Shown here: in pieces, positions 10,440 through 19,140 of the stretch
Layout of the letters: the number at the start of each line of letters is the position of its first letter
Position numbering within the stretch: the stretch's first letter is position 1
Assembly (NCBI GenBank): GCA_963666485.2
Contig: CAXXUO010000001.1
Coordinates: 1,312,001-1,376,000 of the forward strand
DNA: 64,000 nt
Source: Syntrophorhabdaceae bacterium
GTDB taxonomy: Bacteria; Desulfobacterota; Syntrophorhabdia; Syntrophorhabdales; Syntrophorhabdaceae
Direction of reading: 5' to 3'
The notes under the pieces: generated by a model
The model's input: only the letters and a program-made list of their open reading frames with translations
The model's database searches: none
What the model was told of the DNA's origin: nothing
Made by a program: the position numbers and the translations under genes

Positions 10440-10544
10440 GATGCCTCCGTTGAGGATGAGAAGATTGCCCCGGGTGCAATGTCCGCAATACTATTTTTGT
10501 AACCCAAGTGGATTATTGAAGTCAATGACGGGGACAGGTTTTTC

Positions 10545-10973
10545 TCAGGCGATCTCGACGAGCTCTATCTCGAAGGTGAGGTCCTGGCCTGCCAGCGGGT
10601 GGTTCAGATCGAGCGTGATCTCGGTTTCCGTAAGGTCGCGTACCATAGCCCGGGCGATCTGCCCTTCCGCCGAGCGGACCTGCAGGGGCATACCGACCTC
10701 GAGTTCGAGCTCCGGCGGCACCTGTGAGCGCGGCACCACGGCGACAAGTTCGTTGTTATACGGGCCGTATGCATCATCAGCCGGGATCGAAACCTTCTTC
10801 GATTCGCCCACGCTCATCCCCACGATGCCATTCTCGAACCCGGGTATGACCATATTCTGCCCGATCGTGAACTCGAGGGGATCCCCCCCGCGTGATGAAT
10901 CAAATTCTGTATTGTCGGAAAGTGTCCCTGTGTAGTGGACCTTTACCGTATCGCCTTCTTTTGCCTGTGCCAT
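10545..10973 (-). CDS. FKBP-type peptidyl-prolyl isomerase (SlyD/SlpA-like), tandem paralog
   Basis: VKVHYTG.L, VIPGFE, LDLNHPLAGQDLTF; GGAGG RBS before ATG at 10973. Confidence 0.92.
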   Translation of the reverse strand: MAQAKEGDTVKVHYTGTLSDNTEFDSSRGGDPLEFTIGQNMVIPGFENGIVGMSVGESKKVSIPADDAYGPYNNELVAVVPRSQVPPELELEVGMPLQVRSAEGQIARAMVRDLTETEITLDLNHPLAGQDLTFEIELVEIA

Positions 10974-11111
10974 AACGGCCTCCATATTTGTTATAGTCTT
11001 GCAGCATATACATCCGCCTGTCATAGAGAGGTATTTCCCGTGAAAAATGAAAAGAAGAGAGGGAAAAAGGGAGACGCGGCTGACACGTTATCATAAAACG
11101 CTTTGCAGGCA

Positions 11112-11140
11112 TTGACAAGGGAAATGTATTTCTTTACGAT
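11112..11140 (+). promoter_or_regulatory. Sigma70-type promoter
   Basis: TTGACA-17 nt-TACGAT, 30 nt upstream of the ORF at 11171. Confidence 0.55.
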
Positions 11141-11170
11141 GTAGGAAAATCACGGTCGGAGGGTCCATAC

Positions 11171-11884
11171 ATGAGAGGAATGCGTGCGAGATCTTCAGCA
11201 CTGATCTGCATGATCGCTATACTATGTTCACTTATTTTCATCCCGCACAATGTTTCGGCAGAAGACGCGACGCAGGCACGGCATCTCGTCGAAAAAGCCC
11301 GGATGACGCTGGAATCAATTGCGAATGCCCCTGAAATGGGGGCCTTGCGGGAGCTCTTGAGAACTGCGCAGGGCGTCTTCATCTCGCCCCAGATATTAAG
11401 GGGTGCCTTTATTATCGGCGCTTCCGGGGGCAGCGGGGTGTTTCTTGTGCGCGATAAGAACAAGGGCGATTGGGCGGGACCTGCTTTTTATACCATCGGC
11501 GAAGCCAGTTTTGGCTTCCAGATAGGCGGGGATGCGTCGGAGGTGGTCCTCGTCGCGATGACGGAACGAGGCGTCAATTCCTTGCTCGGCAGCAGTGTGA
11601 AGCTCGGCGCCGATGTGGGCATCGCCGTCGGGCCGGTGGGCGCCGGGGCCGAGGCATCAACGGCCAACCTGAGTGCCGATATCATAAGCTTTTCCCGTTC
11701 AAAGGGGTTGTACGGGGGAATCTCCCTGGAAGGAGCGGTTGTAGCGGTCCGGGGGTCGTTGAACTCTGCGTATTACGGGCGGGAGGTTTCTCCTGCAGAC
11801 ATCCTGATCGCACGCGTGGTCGGCAGTTCACATTCCCTGCTCCTTCGTTCGGAATTGGCAAAGCTCGCAGGGGGACGCATTTAA
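11171..11884 (+). CDS. SYLF/Ysc84 lipid-binding domain protein, secreted
   Basis: Signal peptide; GAFIIG.SGGSGV, ASFGFQIG, SRSKGLYGGISLEG. Confidence 0.85.
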   Translation: MRGMRARSSALICMIAILCSLIFIPHNVSAEDATQARHLVEKARMTLESIANAPEMGALRELLRTAQGVFISPQILRGAFIIGASGGSGVFLVRDKNKGDWAGPAFYTIGEASFGFQIGGDASEVVLVAMTERGVNSLLGSSVKLGADVGIAVGPVGAGAEASTANLSADIISFSRSKGLYGGISLEGAVVAVRGSLNSAYYGREVSPADILIARVVGSSHSLLLRSELAKLAGGRI

Positions 11885-11965
11885 AGAGCTCTAAAAAAAG
11901 CGTGAATTCTCAAGGTTTTTTGGTTTTGCGGCGATAAGATCACAGTAAAAAAGGGGGATGCCGGC

Positions 11966-12766
11966 ATGAGATCACGTCACATTCCATATATCCTCACAGC
12001 ACTGGCGGTAATACTGGTATCGATCTTCGCACAGGTCGAAACGGGCTTAACTTCCATTGACCCCGCCTACCAGGACGGCTTGAATTCGCTCAGGGCAAGT
12101 CTCGAACAGCAGGGATTCACGTCCCAGGAACTGACGAACGTTTTTTCTGACAGCCGTTTTCAGCTGTATCCCCAGATCCTGGGGAAAACCGGGAAGGGAC
12201 TGAACTACCTGAGCAGGAAGTTCGGCCTCCTGTCAAAGAACTCGGTCAAGCGCGGCAAGGGCATCCTCACGCAATACAGGGCTTCCTTGAAAAATGTGGA
12301 GCAGACCTACGGGGTCCAGAAAGAGGTCATCGTCGCCATATTGCGTGTCGAGACGAATTTCGGTTCATTTACCGGGGCATACCCGATATTGAACAGCCTC
12401 GCGACCATGGCGATCATAGAGAACAGGCGCACCGAGTGGGCGCGCAAAGAAGTCGCAGAATTATTGAAGATGTGCAAGGCCCAGCAGAAGGACCCTTTTT
12501 CGATCCGGGGTTCCTGGGCCGGCGCGTTCGGCATCGCTCAGTTCATCCCGTCCTCGTACATGAACTACGCGGTCGACGGGAACGGGGACGGTACCATAGA
12601 CCTCCTGACGATGTCGGATGCACTCGCGAGCGTGGCCAATTACCTGAAGTCGCACGGTTGGGTGACAGACGATTCGGCCGGCAAATGGCGCGCCGTCTAC
12701 GCCTACAACCACTGCGACAATTACGTTCGCGCCGTCTTCGCCTATGCAAGGGCTTTGACGAAATAA
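11966..12766 (+). CDS. Lytic murein transglycosylase (MltB family)
   Basis: VIVAILRVETNFG, GSWAGAFG.AQFIPSSY, AVDGNGDG.IDL, YAYNH. Confidence 0.88.
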   Translation: MRSRHIPYILTALAVILVSIFAQVETGLTSIDPAYQDGLNSLRASLEQQGFTSQELTNVFSDSRFQLYPQILGKTGKGLNYLSRKFGLLSKNSVKRGKGILTQYRASLKNVEQTYGVQKEVIVAILRVETNFGSFTGAYPILNSLATMAIIENRRTEWARKEVAELLKMCKAQQKDPFSIRGSWAGAFGIAQFIPSSYMNYAVDGNGDGTIDLLTMSDALASVANYLKSHGWVTDDSAGKWRAVYAYNHCDNYVRAVFAYARALTK

Positions 12767-12773
12767 TGACCCC

Positions 12774-13544
12774 ATGGAAAAACTCATCGATACGCATTGC
12801 CACCTGAACGACCCCTCCTTTCATGATACGATCGATGAGGTTCTCGAACGTGCGCGTAAGAACGGGATCGCGGGATGCGTTGTGCCGGCGTACGACCGGG
12901 GATCGTTCGCGCGGACGGCGGAACTGGCACGGCTATACCCGGACACCATCTTCCCTGGATTCGGTATCCATCCCTGGTTTCTCGACGATGAGGCGCTTCG
13001 GGAACTCGAGCTTTACCTGAAAATGCCCGAAACGGTATGTCTCGGCGAGGTGGGGCTCGACCTGTCCCCGGGCATGCCGCCCCGGGACAGGCAGGAAGAG
13101 TTTTTCGGTGCACAACTTGAACGTGCTGCCGGACATGGGCTGCCCGTCGCCGTCCACTGCAGGAAGGCACATGAGAGGGTATACGGGATGCTCGCACCAT
13201 ACCGCGGCCGGATAACGGCCATTATGCATTCTTTTTCGGGAAGCGTCGAGATGATGAAGAAGTTCCTCGATCTTGGTTGTTATATCTCTTTTTCCGGGTC
13301 CGTGACACGCGACACGGCGAAAAAATACCATCGCTGCGCAGTTGCCGTTCCCGATGACCGGTTCCTTATCGAAACGGACGCCCCGTCGATCGCAACACAG
13401 ACGACGGAGGCTTCCCGTGTGGAACCTATGCATGCTTCAGAGGTGGCTGCAAAGATCGCCGGCCTCAGGGGCATGTCGGTGAGCGAGGTCTGCCGCCTTT
13501 CGACCTTGAACGCGCGCCATGTCTTCGGGAACAAAATAAAATGA
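12774..13544 (+). CDS. TatD family DNase
   Basis: IDTHCHL, GIHPW, GEVGLD, HSFSG, IETDAP. Confidence 0.92.
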   Translation: MEKLIDTHCHLNDPSFHDTIDEVLERARKNGIAGCVVPAYDRGSFARTAELARLYPDTIFPGFGIHPWFLDDEALRELELYLKMPETVCLGEVGLDLSPGMPPRDRQEEFFGAQLERAAGHGLPVAVHCRKAHERVYGMLAPYRGRITAIMHSFSGSVEMMKKFLDLGCYISFSGSVTRDTAKKYHRCAVAVPDDRFLIETDAPSIATQTTEASRVEPMHASEVAAKIAGLRGMSVSEVCRLSTLNARHVFGNKIK

Positions 13545-14299
13545 CCACGCCGGATGCATATTTTTCCCGAAGCATTATGCTGTACGGATATGAAGGGTTC
13601 GATCGCCTCCAAAGAAGCACGGTGACCGTGGTGGGAATGGGAGGGGTCGGCTCCCAGGCTGCGGAAGCCCTGTGCCGGGCCGGAATAGGGGGCCTTAAGA
13701 TCATTGATTGCGACATTTTAAAGCCGACCGATGTCAACAGGCAGATCATCGCACTCGCGACAAATACAGGAGAGAGAAAGGTCGATGCGGCCGCTTCGCG
13801 GCTCAAGGAGATCAACCCGGCCATCCGCCTGGACGCCCGATATGCTTTTTTTCACCAGGATACGGCAGATGAACTCCTCGGAGATGCGTGTGACTTCGTG
13901 ATAGACGCGATTGACAGCATGAACCCCAAGGCGGAGCTCATAAGCCAGTGCGTCCGGCGTTCGCTCCCGGTCATCTCGGCGCTCGGCGCCGCCGGAAGGA
14001 CCGATCCCGCGCAAGTCCGTTCCGGCATCCTGAAAAATACCGAGGTATGTCCTCTCGCGCGGACCTTGAGGCGTTATCTCCGCAGTCGGGACATAACGAC
14101 AGACATCCCCGTCGTCTATTCGACGGAAAAACCGGCATCTGCCCGCGGGGACGGTCCCGCCGAAACATCTGAGACATCCGGGACGTACGTACGGGGCAGA
14201 GCGCGCCGGTCCCTGCCGAGCATCTCCACATTACCCTCTATTTTTGGCCTCATCGCAGCGAATTATGTCATTTTCGAACTGCTTAGGACGCAAAAGTAA
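13541..14299 (+). CDS. tcdA: tRNA threonylcarbamoyladenosine dehydratase (ThiF/TcdA family)
   Basis: GMGGVGS, D.D...TDVNRQ, VIDAID, CPLAR, VVYSTE. Confidence 0.8.
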   Translation: MTTPDAYFSRSIMLYGYEGFDRLQRSTVTVVGMGGVGSQAAEALCRAGIGGLKIIDCDILKPTDVNRQIIALATNTGERKVDAAASRLKEINPAIRLDARYAFFHQDTADELLGDACDFVIDAIDSMNPKAELISQCVRRSLPVISALGAAGRTDPAQVRSGILKNTEVCPLARTLRRYLRSRDITTDIPVVYSTEKPASARGDGPAETSETSGTYVRGRARRSLPSISTLPSIFGLIAANYVIFELLRTQK

Positions 14300-14499
14300 A
14301 GCTGGTCCTCGAGGCCTGATGTGTCTGCAATCTACATGGTTTTTACCCCCGGACGATGAGAGGCAGCTCCGTATTGCTTTGCATTGCCCGTAATGCTATA
14401 TTCGGTTCTGAACGTCAGTGTAAAACGTAAACAGCCATTTTCTGCGACTGTTATTTCCATCGTGCGTTTTACGTTGTACGCAATTCAAAGGAGGGATCA

Positions 14500-14988
14500 A
14501 TGGTACGGGGCAAGGATATACTTTGTATCGCGATCATCGCATCTTTTCTTTTCGCGGGATATGGCTGCGGGGATTCCGGGAAGCAGGACCCGTCCCCGGC
14601 CGGGAAAACACCGCCACCGGTGGAGAAAGCGGGCGGTTTCGTAGTACCTGCCGACGGGACCCCGGGTGAACGCGTGAAGAAGCTCTGGGAAAGCACATCC
14701 CCCGTCATCCGTGCGGACGCCAGGGCATCCCTTGGCGACAAGGAATACCAGGATAAGAGGACATCCCTTTTCTCCGCATGGGTAATGCTCCAGGGAAAAC
14801 TCTCTCTCGCTGAACCGAAGGATGAGAAGGCCCAGAGAATAATCCCGGACATTTTGAAAATGATCGACAATCTCTACGGGTTCCCCGGTTTTGATCAAGC
14901 CCGGCGCGAGAAAGACCGGGAGATCGCGAAGAAATATTTCGATGAGCGGTTTCAGAAGCTGGATGTTCAGGTGAAGGGGCTGAAATAG
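14500..14988 (+). CDS. Hypothetical lipoprotein
   Basis: GGAGG RBS; hydrophobic leader ending AGYGC. Confidence 0.65.
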   Translation: MVRGKDILCIAIIASFLFAGYGCGDSGKQDPSPAGKTPPPVEKAGGFVVPADGTPGERVKKLWESTSPVIRADARASLGDKEYQDKRTSLFSAWVMLQGKLSLAEPKDEKAQRIIPDILKMIDNLYGFPGFDQARREKDREIAKKYFDERFQKLDVQVKGLK

Positions 14989-14989
14989 A

Positions 14990-15017
14990 GGCCGTAAGGC
15001 GTAAGGCGTGAGGCGTA
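14990..15017 (+). repeat. Heptamer tandem repeat (GGCGTAA)n
   Basis: ggccgtaaggcgtaaggcgtgaggcgtaa directly after a stop codon. Confidence 0.6.
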
Positions 15018-15029
15018 AAAGGTCAGGAG

Positions 15030-15467
15030 ATGAAGATGAAGGTTATTGTTGTTGTGGTCTTGTTACTTTGTTTGTTTTCTGCATGTTCGGGCAATAAGGG
15101 GACTTATGAACAATTAGAGACCACGGATCTTCCGGTGGTCGGCACTTTCACCGATCCTTCCCGGACAATACGCGTCACTATCGGAAACAAGTTCGTCATA
15201 ATTCTCGATTCCAATGCGACAACCGGCTATTCCTGGCAGGCCCCGGAAAGAACGACAACTGTTTCCCTGAACGCGCACCGTTACGAAGCCCCCCAATCAC
15301 CGTTGCCGGGTGCAGGAGGCAGGGAGCATTTCGAATTTACCGTTCGGTCGGCTGGCAAGGAAAACCTCGTCTTTAACTATGTGCGTCCCTGGGAAAAAGG
15401 GATCCCCCCGGTAAAAACAGTGACATTTACGGTGGAAGTGGAAAATAAGAAAGGCGATAGGCAATAG
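15030..15467 (+). CDS. Chagasin-family (I42) protease inhibitor lipoprotein
   Basis: Lipobox FSAC; SNATTGYSW, GAGG, YVRPWE loops. Confidence 0.88.
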   Translation: MKMKVIVVVVLLLCLFSACSGNKGTYEQLETTDLPVVGTFTDPSRTIRVTIGNKFVIILDSNATTGYSWQAPERTTTVSLNAHRYEAPQSPLPGAGGREHFEFTVRSAGKENLVFNYVRPWEKGIPPVKTVTFTVEVENKKGDRQ

Positions 15468-15474
15468 GCAATAG

Positions 15475-16281
15475 GTGATTAAAATTCGCGAAAAGATCTT
15501 TTCCCATCGCCCGGTTTTTTCCCGCATCCTGCTTTTGATCTCGATCACCATCGCTATGATCGCGGCAATGTGCTGTGTCCCCCGCTTCGGGCAGCCGCCG
15601 GCATACCATGTATTCGCCGATACCAGGACAGTGTCCGGCATCCCCAATTTTCTCAATGTGATATCGAACGGCGCATTTTTTATTGTGGGGGTTGCCGGCC
15701 TTAGCATACTGATCTTCCGTCCGAGGATGTTTGTTTTCGAAAGGTCTGTGGAGAAGATCCCCTATATGGTGCTCTTTGCCGGTATCCTGCTCACCGCGCT
15801 CGGGTCGTCCTGGTATCACCTGTCACCCTCACATGACAGCCTCATGTGGGACCGGCTCCCCATGTCCATCATTTTCGCTGCGTTCATTTCCATAACAATA
15901 GCGGAACGGATAGGAGTGAAGGCAGGACTCGTCTCCCTTATCCCCTGCGTGCTGATCGGCCTCGCAACGGTCATTTACTGGCATGCGACGGAAATGGCGG
16001 GCCAGGGGGACCTGAGGCCTTACGTGTTCATGCAGTTCTACCCGACGGTAGCGATACCGCTGGCAATGGCGCTTCTGCCGCCGCGCTACACACACGCGGG
16101 CTGTCTCCTCTTTATCGTTGTTCTTTACGGATGTTCGCGGATCCCGGAGGTGTATGATGCTGTGGTATATTCACGGCTCGGCATCATAAGCGGCCACACC
16201 GTGAAGCATATCATCGCGGCCATTGCGCTGGTGCCGATCTTCATGATGCTGAAAAAAAGGGCAATAGGCAATGGGCAATAG
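15475..16281 (+). CDS. Ceramidase-like (CREST superfamily) membrane protein
   Basis: YHVFADTR, NVISN, GSSWYH, WDRLPM, SGHTVKH. Confidence 0.78.
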   Translation: MIKIREKIFSHRPVFSRILLLISITIAMIAAMCCVPRFGQPPAYHVFADTRTVSGIPNFLNVISNGAFFIVGVAGLSILIFRPRMFVFERSVEKIPYMVLFAGILLTALGSSWYHLSPSHDSLMWDRLPMSIIFAAFISITIAERIGVKAGLVSLIPCVLIGLATVIYWHATEMAGQGDLRPYVFMQFYPTVAIPLAMALLPPRYTHAGCLLFIVVLYGCSRIPEVYDAVVYSRLGIISGHTVKHIIAAIALVPIFMMLKKRAIGNGQ

Positions 16282-16335
16282 GCAATGGGGACTGAAACTG
16301 CCCTCCTATCGCCCATAGCCCATCGCCTATTGCCT
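16259..16335. repeat. Inverted (GGCAATA/G)n heptamer arrays between convergent genes
   Basis: gggcaataggcaatgggcaataggcaatggg ... cctatcgcccatagcccatcgcctattgcct; same heptamer at 15453-15475. Confidence 0.7.
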
Positions 16336-16336
16336 G

Positions 16337-17914
16337 TTATCTCAACCTGAACCTCTGTATCTTCCCCGTCGAGCTTTTCGGCAGCTCATCGACGAATTCT
16401 ATCCAGCGGGGATATTTGAACTTGGCCTGCCTTTCAAGTACCCATTGCTTTAATTCTTCTTTCAACGTATCGGAAGGTTTATAGCCATCCCGCAGGCGGA
16501 CGAATGCCTTGGGCTTGGTCAGGCCTTTTTCGTCCGGTGCACCGACGACGGCACATTCAAATACGGCAGGGTGCTGGCTCAAGGTATTTTCGACTTCCAG
16601 GGGGGATACCCAGATGCCGCCGACCTTCAGCATGTCGTCCGCGCGGCCCGCGCACCAGTAGTATCCTTCCTCGTCAACATAGTACTTATCACCGGTATTG
16701 ACCCACTCGCCCTGCATCGTTATCTTGGTCTTTTCACGTTTTCTCCAGTACTGCTGCGCCGCGCTGTCGCCTTTCACGTGCAGTGTGCCGATCTCGCCGC
16801 GGGGCACTTCCTGCCCGTTCTCGTCGACAAGCTTGAGCTCATACCCCGGGACGGGTTTTCCCGTTGAGCCCGGCCTTATATCGCCGGGGCGGTTGCTCAG
16901 GAAAATATGCAGCATTTCCGTCGAGCCGATGCCGTCAATGATCTCGATCCCGAACCTTTTTTTCCATCGCTCGAAGATGTCGGTGGGTAGCGCCTCGCCG
17001 GCGGAGACGCATATCCTGACCGAGGAGAGCTCGTGCTGGTCGTTGGGATTGCCCTCCCGGCCGGCCTCCTTGTCCTGTTTTGCCTTGTATTCAAGCATCT
17101 GGCCATACAGCGTCGGGACGCCGAAGAATATGGTCGGGCGGAACTTTTCCAGATGCCGGAAAACATTCTCGGGGCTCGGCGCGTTGACATTGAGGACCGC
17201 CGAAGCGCCAACGGACATCGGGAAATACATGCCGTTGCCGAGGCCGTACGAGAAGAAAAGGCGCGCCGCGGAAAAGACGATGTCGTTCTCGTTGATGCCG
17301 AGAACGCCCTGTGCAAAGGATTCCGAGGTGACGACCATATCATACTGGGAATGGATCGCGCCTTTCGGTGAGCCGGTCGAGCCGGAACTGTAAAGCCAGA
17401 AGCCGACATCGTCCTTCGTGGTGTACTCCGTCTTGACGACGCTCGATGCGTGCCTGTATTTCTGCTTGAAAGGTATGTGAGCGCCCTGGACCTCGGATAT
17501 GACGATGAGGTCGCGCAGGTAGAGGAGGTCGCCCTTGATCTTCGCAAGGACCGGCAGGAGCTGCTCGGATATGACGAGGACCTTTGCCCGGGAATCGTTC
17601 AGGTAATATTCGTAATCCTCGGGGGTGAGCATCGTGTTGACGGGTATCGGAACGGCCCCGATCTGGATGGCGCCCCAGAAGACGGCGTAGAACTGGGGGA
17701 CGTCGAGCATGATCATCATGATCCGGTCGTCGACGGTCAGCCCCACCTCGCGAAACGCGTTCGCTGTTTTGTTGGTCATTTTCTGGATATCGTTGTATGT
17801 GTAATTCCGGTACTCGGTATAGACTGCCGTCTTATGACCGCGCCCCTGGCGTATGTTGCGGTTCACGAAATAATCGGCTGCATTGAAGAAATCAACGGGT
17901 AATCCTGCTGTCAT
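16337..17914 (-). CDS. Benzoate-CoA ligase family protein
   Basis: FNAADYFV, WLYSSGSTGSPKG, ARLFFSYGLGN, DGIGSTEMLHIF, GKIQRF; AAGGAGG RBS before 17914. Confidence 0.88.
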   Translation of the reverse strand: MTAGLPVDFFNAADYFVNRNIRQGRGHKTAVYTEYRNYTYNDIQKMTNKTANAFREVGLTVDDRIMMIMLDVPQFYAVFWGAIQIGAVPIPVNTMLTPEDYEYYLNDSRAKVLVISEQLLPVLAKIKGDLLYLRDLIVISEVQGAHIPFKQKYRHASSVVKTEYTTKDDVGFWLYSSGSTGSPKGAIHSQYDMVVTSESFAQGVLGINENDIVFSAARLFFSYGLGNGMYFPMSVGASAVLNVNAPSPENVFRHLEKFRPTIFFGVPTLYGQMLEYKAKQDKEAGREGNPNDQHELSSVRICVSAGEALPTDIFERWKKRFGIEIIDGIGSTEMLHIFLSNRPGDIRPGSTGKPVPGYELKLVDENGQEVPRGEIGTLHVKGDSAAQQYWRKREKTKITMQGEWVNTGDKYYVDEEGYYWCAGRADDMLKVGGIWVSPLEVENTLSQHPAVFECAVVGAPDEKGLTKPKAFVRLRDGYKPSDTLKEELKQWVLERQAKFKYPRWIEFVDELPKSSTGKIQRFRLR

Positions 17915-17970
17915 GGTACCTCCTTCGGATTGTGAGGGGAACGGCACCGGACCGTTCTTTTCAGCCCCTT

Positions 17971-19140
17971 TTAAACGTATATGATGTTGATGAGCTTCCC
18001 CATCGTCTTGAGCTTTTCCGCGAGAAGCTTGACGATGACCTCCCGGGGATATATTCCCATCTGCCTGAATACGATATGCTCATGCCCCGTGTTCGCCGCA
18101 GTGCCGACGAGAAAATTGATCGTGTCGGCCGCATGGAAGAACCTGTACAGGTCGGATACCGATGAATCGGGCTCGAGCTTTTCAGGCGGCTCGCCAAGGA
18201 TATTATAAACCTGGTTGAGCGTTATCGCACCCTCGGTCGCGTAATCGATGCCTTTTATATAATAGGAAGGCGGCTTGTGGTAGGCATTGGACATTGTCTT
18301 TATCTCGATGGGCCGGCCGAGGTTGCGGGCGACGAGCTCCGAGGTTGAAGACCCGCAGACTATCCTCATGCCCCGCATAGCGACAAATTCCTTTACCACC
18401 TTCTCGTCACTTGTTTTTCTTGCCGGGGGACCGGTGAGGACATTGAGGACCTGCGCCTCGCGGCACAGAAGCAGGCTGCAGCTCGTGTCATCGCCGTAGG
18501 TCGTGCCCGAGATGTCGCGCACCTTGCCGACGACCTTTTTCGGGATGTCCCGTACTCGTGTCCCCTGCGCGAGGAGGCCGTTGATGAAGTCGCATGCGCC
18601 CTCGATCCCCCATCCCATGCGGTATTGCTGGCCGAGGCCCGCCTGGCTCACGCCATCGCTGACCATCACGATCCCGTCGCCGTACTCGAGCATGCAGTTG
18701 ACCTCACCGACCATCTCGAGCCCCATCGGGAAGACCCTCTGTTTCGGAAGGTATGCCGCCAGCCGGTTGTTGATGAGGACAGGCGGAGGTATCTCGTACG
18801 ACATGACCGTAGCGTGGCCGCTGCCGAGAACACGGCTGACGGAAAACGCGGAAAAAGGAATGTCGGTCGTGCGGGCGGCGTGCATGGTGTCGATGATCTT
18901 CTGGCATGCCTCGCGAAGGGTGAACCCCACGCGCAAGAGCTCCATGAGCCGGGACGCGCACATGACCGCCGCGACGTGCGCCTTGATACCGGTGCCGATA
19001 CCGTCGGCGAGGACGGTCGTCGTCGCCTCGGCGGTCCGCTCGGTTATGATGTAGTCGCCGCATATCCCGCCCGGCTTTTTCGCCGCCTGCGAATTTACGG
19101 TCTCGACATATTTTCTCGGTTCATCGGGGGTTGGCTTCAT
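17971..19140 (-). CDS. SpoIIE/PP2C-type Ser/Thr phosphatase, hydrogenase-associated
   Basis: CGD, LADGIGTG, SDGV, GDDTS motifs plus C-terminal extension. Confidence 0.85.
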   Translation of the reverse strand: MKPTPDEPRKYVETVNSQAAKKPGGICGDYIITERTAEATTTVLADGIGTGIKAHVAAVMCASRLMELLRVGFTLREACQKIIDTMHAARTTDIPFSAFSVSRVLGSGHATVMSYEIPPPVLINNRLAAYLPKQRVFPMGLEMVGEVNCMLEYGDGIVMVSDGVSQAGLGQQYRMGWGIEGACDFINGLLAQGTRVRDIPKKVVGKVRDISGTTYGDDTSCSLLLCREAQVLNVLTGPPARKTSDEKVVKEFVAMRGMRIVCGSSTSELVARNLGRPIEIKTMSNAYHKPPSYYIKGIDYATEGAITLNQVYNILGEPPEKLEPDSSVSDLYRFFHAADTINFLVGTAANTGHEHIVFRQMGIYPREVIVKLLAEKLKTMGKLINIIYV

